DNA of 63,453 nucleotides, filler included, from Conidiobolus incongruus B7586 (Eukaryota): NCBI GenBank assembly GCA_000697335.1. It is 15 parts of 15 records of this genome, joined end to end, with 100 filler letters (N's around TTAATTAATTAA, not from the genome) between each part and the next. Parts side by side here need not be neighbours in the genome. Positions count along the whole stretch, not along the records: positions 11,380 to 16,582 come from JNEM01000582.1; positions 16,683 to 21,352 come from JNEM01000583.1; positions 21,453 to 26,022 come from JNEM01000584.1; 12 more parts are not named here. One strand, 5' to 3'. Shown piece by piece: positions 12,207 to 23,801 of this stretch (position 1 is its first letter; each line of letters starts with the position of its first letter). The notes under the pieces were generated by a model. It saw only the letters and a program-made list of their open reading frames with translations, ran no database searches and was not told where the DNA came from. The position numbers and the translations under genes were made by a program.

Positions 12207-14180
12207 TCACTCCGGAGGATCAAAGGAATAAAAATGTATGTCACCTAAATATTCGTTCCCATTTTTATAATCTAAAATTAATTAATTAATATTCTTGATT
12301 GATTTTTAATAAGGAATTTTAAAATTTACCCAACTCTGAAAGTATTCTATCCATATGAGGCATGAATTCACTTAGAGGTAAGAATAAACTAAAATCTAAA
12401 TGAGAAAAGATTTCAAATTCATTAGCATAGATCTCTTTATCATCCACATCAAAATTCCTCTCGAGACTCTATATTAAATAAAAGTTAATTGATATCAAAT
12501 TATATTTACAATAAATCAGTTAAATTACTTCAATAAGCTCTCCAAGACGATTCTTATGTTCGTTAACTTTGACAGCAAGAAATAAACAACAAGCTAAAAA
12601 TAAGAAATTTAAATTAAAATATTGGTTGAAATAAAAACAAACTCAAATATTACCAGCTGTAACATGGCGGTTATTTTTGTTAATATAGCCCTAATTTGAA
12701 ATAAGCAAAACGTAATAAAAAAGTTAAATCATAACAAATACCTTGAGAGCGAGTTTCTCAAAGTAGGCATAAGCTAAAGCAACAGAAGATAACTCCAAGT
12801 CCTAAAATGTATTAGATAATTGAAAAGAAACAAAATATAGGTTGAAATACCAAATTGGTAGCAGTAGTCAAAATCTTACTCTTCAAGCTACGAATATTAC
12901 CCAAGGTCAAAGAATTATCAACGGTTGGGTGAGAAACTTGAAATACTTCCTCAGCTTCTTTTTTGGAATCTTTAGTTTTACCATAATGAATTAATTCCTA
13001 AATAAAAGTATTAGAATGTTATTACGCTGAAAAATTAAAAAAAAACACTTACCATAAATGAAGCTAGAACGGAAGTCTCATCAGCTTCTAAAGCTGGATC
13101 ATCAAGAGCATAAGGATTGTAACTTGAAGGAGGATTTTTACTAAAATAAAATAATATTAGTAAAAAATCATTCAAAAGTTTAACCCGAAGATCTAAATTA
13201 CGTTAAGCTATAGCTAGGTTCCAACAAATAAGCGTAGGAAGGAGCCTAAGATAAAAAGGATGAGAATAATAAATAAATAAATTTTGAAAATAAAATACCA
13301 TTTTCTTTTTAGAATCATTCTTTTTACTACCATTTCTAAATTATAATGATAAGATTCGAATTTTAACAAGTGCTTTTATAATAAATTATTTTACCGAGAT
13401 GACTGAGGTTGGTTTTTAAGTCTGGTACGACGATTATTATTAACCTCATTTGATGAGTGAGGATTTTCACAAAACTCCTATATTTTATCTTTGATTAAAT
13501 TATTTTTACTTGATGATCATTATTAAATATACCAGAGCAAAAATAGGCTGATTGTTCTGGTTAATATTAGCAGTAGGTGAAGTCAATTTATCACTCAAAT
13601 AAGACTCTCTACGTGAAAAATAAGAGCCAACATGATTTTCTGGAGACTGTTTCCGAGAAATGTCCGGGGGTTCTTCATCGGAATCAAGATCCGTAGGTGA
13701 AGAAGAGAGTGTATGATGACCAGAATAACTTGAGTCAGCTAAAGATTTATTAATCACAGAATCTGGATTGTCAAATTCGTCCTGATAAGTTGAAGCTGCA
13801 GTAATTGGAATTGGTGGAGTTGCAGCTCTTTCAGATAAAGAATTTGCAGCCGAAGTTGTTTGTGGAATATTTTCAAACCCAAAACTGAGACTTGATAAAA
13901 AGTTGGTAGCAGCTACAGTTCTTTGAGTCTTTTTAGTAGGTTTACTACGTGCTCTACTTGTATTTATTTCAATAGTATGTGATTTTTGCAATTCTAAGTT
14001 ATTGCCATCATATTTAGGATCCGGAGGATCTGGAGATAAACTTTCATTATAAGATTTTGTGGATAAAGTGGGACTATCGCTTGGACTTTTAGATGTATTA
14101 TTTCCCTCATCCTCTCTACTTGTAATTGATGCAAGAAAGGAATAGGCAGCTTTTCTTGTTAAATTATAATAACTTGTCAT
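12207..14180 (-). CDS. CABLES-like (Cdk5/Abl enzyme substrate family) cyclin-fold protein, 11 exons
   Basis: Exon 1 is 14180-13533, followed by ten short GT-AG introns. The spliced C-terminus APSYAYLLEP..YNPYALDDP..SHPTVDNSLTLGNIRSLKSKI..SVALAYAYFEKLALKGYINKNNRHVTAACCLFLAVKVNE..EIYANEFEIFSHLDFSLFLPLSEFMPHMDRI matches the CABLES cyclin box. The N-terminal AAxxFLxxI/L motif occurs twice. Last exon 12271-12207. Confidence 0.88.
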
Positions 14181-14445
14181 GTAAAAAGATAAACATGAGA
14201 GTGGATGAATTATATCTTAAAATTCAAATGATTTTCGTTAGGATTCTAATTGGTTATTTTGGTTCCTATTTTATCAATGAATGAGTGTAATTAAACTTAT
14301 GAATATCATAATTGGTTCATTTAGCATGGTAGATTTTACCATATTTAATCAACTTTCTATTATTTTCTATCCCATAATAATTAATAGGATTATCAAACTT
14401 GATTTCCGATATAAATTCAAATGACTGTCTTATCAAACATTAAAA

Positions 14446-14904
14446 ATGGAGAATATAAGAAAGTATCAAAAGCTGGCGCGCATTCACAAGTATGAATCAT
14501 TCACGAGTGCGCTGGCAGAAGAAATCTTAAGGAATACGAACAAGACGATCGAGCGGAATTATTTTGTTATTCGAGAATTTCCAGTGCGTTCTGTAGGAAT
14601 AACGAGAGCGATGAGAGCTTCGGATGTGGTTTTGATTGAAGTCATTGAGCAGACAGGAGATGTCGAAAGAGTTGTTCTTATGGTCGAGTGCAAGGTTCGA
14701 GATGAAGAGGCAAGAAACGCGATCGCCCAACTCACAGGTTACTTGAGGGATGTTGGGTGTGCACATGGCATTTCGATGAGCGCGAACATTGCTCTTCTCT
14801 ATGAAGATCATGGTGCACAGTTGGCTGAGCAACTTGGACGCGAGCTGGATCTTGACAACGATGCCGACATGGCTGCCCTCATAGAGCACATCAACTCCAT
14901 CTAG
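14446..14904 (+). CDS. PD-(D/E)XK nuclease-fold protein (HsdR N-terminal/GxxExxY-like); may extend to 15027
   Basis: Motif order E(YES)..E(REFPV)..D(ASDVV)..ExK(VECK)..QxxxY(AQLTGYL). Intronless, and much richer in GC and CpG than its flanks. Confidence 0.75.
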   Translation: MENIRKYQKLARIHKYESFTSALAEEILRNTNKTIERNYFVIREFPVRSVGITRAMRASDVVLIEVIEQTGDVERVVLMVECKVRDEEARNAIAQLTGYLRDVGCAHGISMSANIALLYEDHGAQLAEQLGRELDLDNDADMAALIEHINSI

Positions 14905-15144
14905 CAATGGATTTAGAATCCACTCGCGTATCTCCCTGCTGCCGCACCGGGACCGGCAGCTTAGCAGCATTCGGGAGCCACGGAGGCTGTAGCTCCGCTA
15001 CCTGCGGGTGCTAGGCAGCTTCGCTGAAATAAAAAAATTTTTCCAGAAAATTACTTATCAAATATTATAAAGCTTCATCCACTACTATAGTGGGGCTATA
15101 TATATATTTTTTATTTCAAATATATTTCAATAATATACAAACAG

Positions 15145-15435
15145 ATGCAATTTTTTCAATTTATTGACGAAATCTCTATTTTAGTCAGACAAATAACAAC
15201 ACAAGAAATTTCTTGGTTGCATGTAGAAGGTGATTTAAAGTTTGAAGAGGTTAGAGATTATATCTTAACTAAGTTAATTGATGTCTTTGAGTTTATAAAT
15301 ACACAAGGTATAGACCTAAAATGTGGAGTGAAGATATTTTTCATTGAACAAAAAACCAATTTAAAGGTCAACTACAATCATAAGCATACAAGTCAGAGAA
15401 TTTTTGATAATGAGATGATTTGGATTGAGAACTGA
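15145..15435 (+). CDS. Hypothetical 96-aa protein
   Basis: Intact ATG-TGA ORF with globular-looking composition. It has a decayed tandem paralog immediately downstream. Confidence 0.5.
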   Translation: MQFFQFIDEISILVRQITTQEISWLHVEGDLKFEEVRDYILTKLIDVFEFINTQGIDLKCGVKIFFIEQKTNLKVNYNHKHTSQRIFDNEMIWIEN

Positions 15436-15522
15436 ATTAATAAAATTAAAACAATTATCAAATATTATTATATCAAAAAAATTACTATTATAGTGGGTTG
15501 CATTATTTATATTTAATTTTAT

Positions 15523-15728
15523 ATGTTTATCAGAAAAAAATCAATCCAAACCTTTGTTGTTGTCCTTAGTGTCAGCAATTATGCAATATGTAAATGCTGA
15601 GTCTGAAAACAAACTTGTTGATTTTGTGAAGTATCATAGTGGTAAAATTTTTCATTGAAATAGCTCATGCACATTTTATTATATAAACAAAAGGATTTCT
15701 GAAGATGATTTTTTGAATAAAACTAATG
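15523..15728 (+). pseudogene. Decayed paralog of the 15145-15435 ORF
   Basis: Collinear matches (KLIDVF/KLVDF; GTGAAGATATTTTTCATTGAA vs GTAAAATTTTTCATTGAA; similar 3' end) and a duplicated upstream motif, with stops and frameshifts. Confidence 0.5.
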
Positions 15729-18700
15729 ATTCATAAGTATATTATAAAATATCAATATTGATAATGGAAACTTGCTAATACACTCCTATTTTTTCATCAA
15801 ATACTAGGCTTACTCAAATTTATCCCATTTTTTCTGATTTTCAATTTGACTGATTTTTTCCAAAACTAAAATAGTTATCTAGCCAAAAAAAATCTAGAAA
15901 TTCAGTTATAAAAAATAGCTTACTAATTTTTTTGATTGATAAAATCCATTTGTTTTCTCTCATTAACTATGAAAATAGGATTAAAGCTATATTTTTATAT
16001 TATAAAATAGTGTGACTTTATATTAATTCAATGATTTTTATTTCATATTAAATATTATATAAATTTTTTAACAAAAATATTGCTTTTAAGCTTTACCTTG
16101 TCTTTTTCACTTATATTATTAACTATTAATATTAGTAATAATAATAAATACTCTTGTGACTATATTTGATAAAAGCTATATTCAGTTAGTTAAAATATAA
16201 GGAAAACTATAAATCCTGGTGTTTTAATAACTCAAATATTTTTTTAAATATATAACTTTATCTTTATATTAAAAGACTAGTTTTTTAAATTCTTATATAT
16301 ATTTCTATATAATTTAATTAACTATAAATTATATGATTAATTTATATTTTTTAGCTAAATTAATTATATAAATAATATTGAATTATTTAATAAATAAGGT
16401 TTTTTTTTCTTAATTATTAATATTTTTTATTTTCCTTACTAATTTTAAAAATAAGATTATATTATATTAATATTATAATATATTAATATTTTTTAATATA
16501 AATCTTAATATATTAGTGAATTATTTTAGTTTAAAGCTTAATTAAACTTTGTTTATATTTTTATATTATATTAATATATTTTNNNNNNNNNNNNNNNNNN
16601 NNNNNNNNNNNNNNNNNNNNNNNNNNTTAATTAATTAANNNNNNNNNNNNNNNNNNNNNNNNNNNNNNNNNNNNNNNNNNNNATATAATTAACTAATAAG
16701 GCTATTTATTATATCAATATAAATATATATTATATCAATATTCCTGTTAGGGAGTTAAAATTTTATATTTTATAATTTTTGAATTAAATATTATTAAATT
16801 ATATTATCTAAACTATATTTTCATTCCATTCATTTAAAATAGCTCCATTGGTATATTTCAAAACTGGTTGAAATTAATACAAAGTGTAAACATAAAATAT
16901 AAAATATTCAATAATTTTAATAAGACCTTGACTGTCTGAAACTTAATTAATATAAAGACAAAATATCAAGTGTATGAGAAATAATATCAAACACTACCAA
17001 TAAATAACTTGCAAGACCTATTGCTTCAGAAACGTTTAATCGATATCTTCATATGATTACTACTAAAATCATTTAATTCTAATCTTATTATCTTCTATAA
17101 AATACTATTAAAACCACTAATAAACCGCCTTAACCACTACCTACCATTATTACAATTACCACCAGTAAATGAAATTACCTATAAAACATAATATCTTAAT
17201 AAAAACCTAATATCCAGTCCAACCACTATTATATTAAAAAGTTTAAACTATTAAATACTTATAAATATTTTTACGTTAATAAATTGAGTTGTAATTGAAT
17301 AAATTAAAAAAATTCATTATATATAAATTAAATATTTTGAATTTTAAATATATGGTCAATATTAAAATATATCTATAATATCTAAGATTTTATCTTTGAT
17401 AAAATCATAATTATTATAATGAAATAGTAACGAATTATTATAAATGATTCAATTTTAGCTTTGATTAAATTTATTAAATTATATAAAATTAATAAATTTT
17501 TTAATACATGGTTTAAATTAATCTTAATTAGAAATAATCTTATTTAATAAATATTTTTATTTGTTTAATAGTTAACTCAATAATATAATAGAATAGAATA
17601 TAATATAATGATATATAATATAAATTATTAAATAATAATTTTTATGTCATTATATTATAGTATAACAAAAATAAATGCAATTTTCATATATTTTATTTTT
17701 GTTTCATATTACTAATATAATTAAAACTAATTTAAAGTTGCTATTGTTATTTTAGGCATATTAAATTAAAAACTTGATTAACATTATTATAATTATATGG
17801 TTTAAATATATAATAAATTATTAAATTAGGTATAATATTAATATTTAAAATTTAATATTAAAATTATAGAATATAATAGTATATAGCATAATTGTCTTCA
17901 TTTTTATTAAATTATTTGATTGAATCAAGTTCAAATATATTGTTAATAAGCTTGAACTACTAAGTAACATTTATTTATTAAATTTTCTTAATATTTAATC
18001 ATATGAAAAATTATTTATGATTGAAGTATTTTGTTAATTTTTAATATATATAGATAAAATATATAGAATACTAATTGTCAGAAAGTTAAATATTTTTATA
18101 AATTATATATATTCTTTGATAAAGTAATCAATATTAATTATTATATAATACTTTTTAATCATTTATAATTGTTGTATTTTTTTATCGTATTAAATATATT
18201 TGCTTAACATTTGTGCAAAATAAAAGTATTTTAATTAAGTTGACAATATATATAAGAAATACTATAAAAATTTTGATTTTGAATCATAAAAAAATCAAAT
18301 TTAAATAATTAAAATTTTAAAAATATATGGAAATAAAAATTATATAAAAATTTATTGATTTTATAAAATATTTAATATAATTATATTAATCAAATATTGT
18401 ATATAATTTCAGAAATAGAGTGAAATATTATTATAAATATATAATATTCATTTATTTTTAAAATTGATTGAATAATTAAAAATAATTTTTTAAAGACGAT
18501 GGTAATATTAAAGAACTTTTGCTTATACAATAGTAGTTTAGATATTATAGGAGATAATAAAAAACTTATGAAAGAAAATTTATAAATAAAATTCTTATGT
18601 TGTTGGTGTTGATATAATTATTCGAACTCTTAAAATTGATTAAATTATATGATATTTTATTGAAGTATTTTCAAACTTTAATTAATATTATCCAATGATT

Positions 18701-20595
18701 GTAATAAAAAATAAGTTTTAAATAAATGACTCAGTTTTTAAATTTAATATAACATCTCAGTCTATATAATCTAAATTTAGCCAAATAAAATTTGTCAAAA
18801 CTATTAATAGATATGAATTAAAATAATTTGAAACAGAATAACAACGATAATAAATATATTTATCCAATTAACATAAAATTTATTAATATTTTAAGATTTA
18901 ATCAAACTCATAAAATTAATTTATTTATTGAAAAAATTATAAAATTTATTAGTTTCAATTATTACTAATAAAATTCAATATGAATAATTAATTTTAATGT
19001 TAAATTTTTCTAACTAAAAAAGGAAAACTAGTGACACAATAATAATTTAAAGAATTTTTATAAATAATATCCAAATTCAATATTATACTATGAAAATGAG
19101 AACGTTTATTAACAAATATGAAAATTAATATTTTATTAGAAGAATTATCGCAGTATTGAAGTTTGATAGTAATTTTATTCATCATTAAACTGTGTAGAGA
19201 TCATTTCATGCAATTAATCAAATTTAATAACTCGAATCATGTGAAAGTAATGACTGGGAGTTTAATGTATAATGACATATCCTTAGAGATTATATATAAT
19301 TCTTGGTGCATTTGTCTCTCATAGACTAGTTAATGCCTCCAGTCAAAAAGAGTATTTTTATAAATAACATTATTGGATACTACAAAAAACCATCAAAACA
19401 AGATGCGGATTTAGAAAAAATTTTGAAAATTTGAATTATTTATATCAAATATAAAATATTGTTGTCAAACATCTATTTTTATCACTATGATTTTGGTAGT
19501 CACTCTGCAAAAGTCTTAAAAACTAGAGAGACAAGTGTAAGATTTTTCATTTACTTAGTTATATTCTAATACATATTAACAGAATAGAATAATTACAAGT
19601 TATATAATACACATAATACAAAAAGAAAAATATTTTATTGGTTCTTTTGATCATTTTACATCTTGAATATATTCTACAACCAAGTAGTTATATTAAAATA
19701 CTATTTTCCTCACACTTAATAAAAATGAAAATATTGGGATTAAATAAAATTTTCGAATATTAAATTGCAAATTTAAATTTTGGTTTAATTAATGCACACA
19801 ATTCTTTTAGTGTTTATATTCGAAATCATTTTAATCATTTTCATATTCAACAAAAATTTATTAAGTTTTCACCTAAAGATTTTTGAAACTATAATATATA
19901 AATTTTAATAAAATATCAATGCCTAGTTTATAATAAATTAAAATATATTTAATTTTATAATTTAAAAATATTTATATAATTATAATTAATGTATATATAG
20001 TAAATGGATTTTATAATTATGCTATTCATGCAGGTATTACAATTTTGCAATTTATCCAATATTTGGATATCGAAATATTAGCCAAAATATGATCATAAAA
20101 GTCTAATATTTATAAAAAGATTTCAAATAAATTCAATTGATTACATTAGAAACATTATAAATATTTGGATTTTATTAACTCATGTATCATTTTATTATTT
20201 ACAGTATTTGTTGATATTAGAATAAGGATTATACAGATTTTATTTGAGTAAATTGTGGTGTAAAATTTGAAATTTAAATTAGAGTTTTTAAGGATAAAAA
20301 TATTTTAATTAATACAAAATGAACTATGGTTAATAGTTGAATTATAGCTTAATAATTCATGCTTTAAAAAATCAAATTAAATTATTTTGTATCTAAATAT
20401 AGTTTTCAACTAAGTTCTTTTATTCGATTTCGCATTAATAAAAGTCGGAATTGGATTGTATTTGGACTCTTCAAAGGTATATAAACCTTGAAATTTTCAA
20501 TCAAATTACAATACAATTAACAATTGATATTTGAATAGTTTAGTATATTCCATAAACCTTTTATATCCTGCTTTAAAAGTTGATTGCTTTAAAAA

Positions 20596-21051
20596 ATGTT
20601 AGTCAAAATTGATGCTTTATTCCTTTTACTCACAGTTGTTTCTGGAGTGTTTTCCCAAGGAGACCAAGATCCTTCTGTCGATGCATTGAACCAATTTGCC
20701 GATGCTCAGGAACAATTTGTCGATGCTCAAGGACAACCTGCTGATTCTCAAGATCCTTTTGCTGATACTCAGGATTCTCGAATGAAAGGTTGGAGTTTCT
20801 GTAAGAAATATGAAAAAATCTGTATTCCTAAACCAATTCACTGGAAGTATAAATTTTGGTGCAAAAAGTACTCTCACTGGTATAATAAGAAGTGCAAACC
20901 AGTCACCACTGGATATCCTACTAAGCCTACCACTACTACCACAACTTGTAAAGGATACTACTGCCCTAAGCCTACTACTACTACTACCACATCTTGTAAA
21001 GGATATTATTGTCCCGAGCCTACTACAACCACAACCAAGTATTACTATTAA
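20596..21051 (+). CDS. Small secreted repeat protein (acidic D/Q repeats, K/W/Y/C-rich domain, Thr-rich CKGYYCP repeats)
   Basis: Signal peptide MLVKIDALFLLLTVVSGVFS, 7-aa repeats (FADAQEQ, FVDAQGQ, PADSQDP, FADTQDS), CKGYYCPxPTTTTT twice, and a TATATAAA about 115 bp upstream. Confidence 0.8.
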   Translation: MLVKIDALFLLLTVVSGVFSQGDQDPSVDALNQFADAQEQFVDAQGQPADSQDPFADTQDSRMKGWSFCKKYEKICIPKPIHWKYKFWCKKYSHWYNKKCKPVTTGYPTKPTTTTTTCKGYYCPKPTTTTTTSCKGYYCPEPTTTTTKYYY

Positions 21052-23801
21052 ACACCACACTTGGATTATAAGCTAAAACACCGAGCAAACTTGGGTATAA
21101 GCTAAATCCATATTTCCTATTGAATATTTTAACAATATTTCTACCCTTCTCTATATTGATATTTCAATAAATTTTAATTTTAAAAAAAAATATTTTTTCC
21201 TAGTTTTAAAAATATTCAATATAATTATTATTTAATTTACAAAATTATATTCTATTATAATTATAATTTTGCGATAAAAAAATATATTAATATTGATTAT
21301 TAACAATTTATTATTACTTTTATTTTATTAAAAATTAAATAATTAAATATAANNNNNNNNNNNNNNNNNNNNNNNNNNNNNNNNNNNNNNNNNNNNTTAA
21401 TTAATTAANNNNNNNNNNNNNNNNNNNNNNNNNNNNNNNNNNNNNNNNNNNNTTATCTATATTTATTTATTATAAAATTAATTAAAATATTAGGTTAACA
21501 CCAGTTATTTTATAAATTTTAAAAAATCATCATATTATTTATATTAATAATATTTGCTATAATAGATTATAATAACATATATTGCTTTTATTAAAATTTA
21601 AAAAAATTTATTAATAATAAATTTTATATTATTTTTAAAAAAATTATTTTTAATAAATATTCTTAATGTCATTTAATTATATCTAGGATTTTACTTATTA
21701 ATTATAAAATATATAAATTTAATGTTATACAAAATTTTCTAATTAAAAATAATTAAAAAAGGTACTATATTTAATATATTCACTAGATTATAACTTATAT
21801 AATTAAAATTGCTATAAAAGCAATTAAAAAATTAATTTATAAAAACTTAAATTTTAATCTTTAATAAAAAGAACTATTTTTGAAGTGTCAAAAGTTTGTT
21901 AAAAATATAACAAAAAGTTATTAATAATAAAAAAGAATATTGATTTTATATTATATATCAAATTATTTATTTATTTTTAATCCCAAGCAATTTTCATTAT
22001 TTAAAATCTAGAGTAATATTACCATGATATCACTAAATATTATTAAACTGTACATTGTATTATGTATGGAATTTTTAATACATCATCAATAATTTATATC
22101 TGTCTAATAATAAAACAATACATCAAATTTAAATTGCTTCAATTATATCAATGAATCCTACGGCCTTTGACTAACATCCACCAAATTGAATTTAATACCT
22201 TGATAACAATTCTAAACAACGTATTTATATCGATTGTGAAAGCTGCTACTATTTAAAATCATGTGATATATCTATACGCAAATCATGTCCAAGGAATTCT
22301 ACATAATATGAACTGGTTCAAAATAATATAACTAACATAAAGAATTTGTTGGTTTAGATTAATCTTAACTTATTTTCATATATATTTGCTTAAATCATAA
22401 TAGTTGATGAATGAAAATATGATTGTAATTAATTGAATATTAGAATATTTAAAGATAAATCATAATTCAATCAATACAAATTTGAATAATAATATTGAAT
22501 ATTTTGCCAGTATTATTGTTTTTAATTATTTTCTAATTCAAACTTTAGAAATTTTTTTCACTATTATGATTATTTTGAAAATTTTTAAATTTAACCAACT
22601 TAAATTATAATCCAGATTGAGTTCCTAAAAAAAACTTGATCAAAATTAATGAATATTCTATCTAAATACTGCCTATATTTTTATGCTTAAAACTTGAATA
22701 ATTTTTCACCTTTTCATATTAGTACTAGATTAATTCATATTTGTTACTTGATTAGGGAAATGCCTTTTCCAACCAAATCATTTTATGGGGTTAAATAAGG
22801 GTTAATCTTAGTCAATTTTTGATATGGAAAAGATCATCAGTTGATTTTTTTGGATTATTACAATTATATAAATTTGAATTCAATAAAATAATAGTTACTA
22901 CATTATAACAGAGGCTGAAAATAGTATACTTTTAATTAGCATTATGATATATATTTATTCTATAGCTGGATAAGCATGGTCATAAATTGAATAATAAGTT
23001 GATTTATAAAATTCAGGGTGGATTTTATTGTCCACGAAAAAATTTTGGTTGGTTTCAATATCTCGAATTTGTTAATTTTGACTTTTAAAATTTATTTTAA
23101 GATTCAATAATATTTAAAAATATATAAATAAATTTTATGAATGCTCTAAATATTGAAATTTATATTATATTGTTAACTTTATAAATCTTATTTTATAAGA
23201 TAATTTCAATTTTAAAGTCAATTCCAATCAAGTAGGTTAAATTATCCCATAAATAGTAATGATTAGATATTCAGCTTTATAAATATATTTCAGTTGATGA
23301 TTTTAAACCAATCATATAATGAGATTTTTAAATATTAAATGGAATTTTTAAATTAATTGGTTGAGATAAACTCCCAGTTTCACGAAAAACTATACCAGAA
23401 TTAACCCCTCATAAATTTAATAAAATTAAAAACCTTTTTACTAATCAAATGAAGTATTTAAATCATCATTTAATTCAAAAAAAATTAATATAAAAAAGTA
23501 TTAAATATTGATTACTTTTCATCTGAACAAACTATTTATAATCAGGTAGAAACTTTGGGAGTTTTTTCTTTAAATTAGTTAGCTAAAATTAAATAATTGA
23601 TATAGAAATATTATTTTGACTGCTTTTGAATTTTGAAATAAATTTAAGTTGACTGGTTTTTAGTATATTGATATCTGAATACTCTTTAGTGGTGACAGTG
23701 ACAGAGTGTAAAAGATTCATTTATTTTTGGCCTGTTGTTATGTATTCTTGTACTTGTTAAAATTTGAAAATCTTCTAGTTTATAAAATTTAATTTCAAAT
23801 T

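Noticed and set aside
14527..14970. 147-aa antisense ORF as an ambigrammatic (narnavirus-like) gene
   Set aside because: It is codon-aligned to the sense ORF and covers only part of it. Such shadows are common in GC-rich genes, and there are no RdRp motifs.
20626..21076. Antisense and alternative-frame ORFs over the secreted protein
   Set aside because: Shadows of a repetitive coding sequence. The same applies to 24527-24909, 30462-30644, 37145-37351, 46007-46192, 46887-47075 and 51428-51667.
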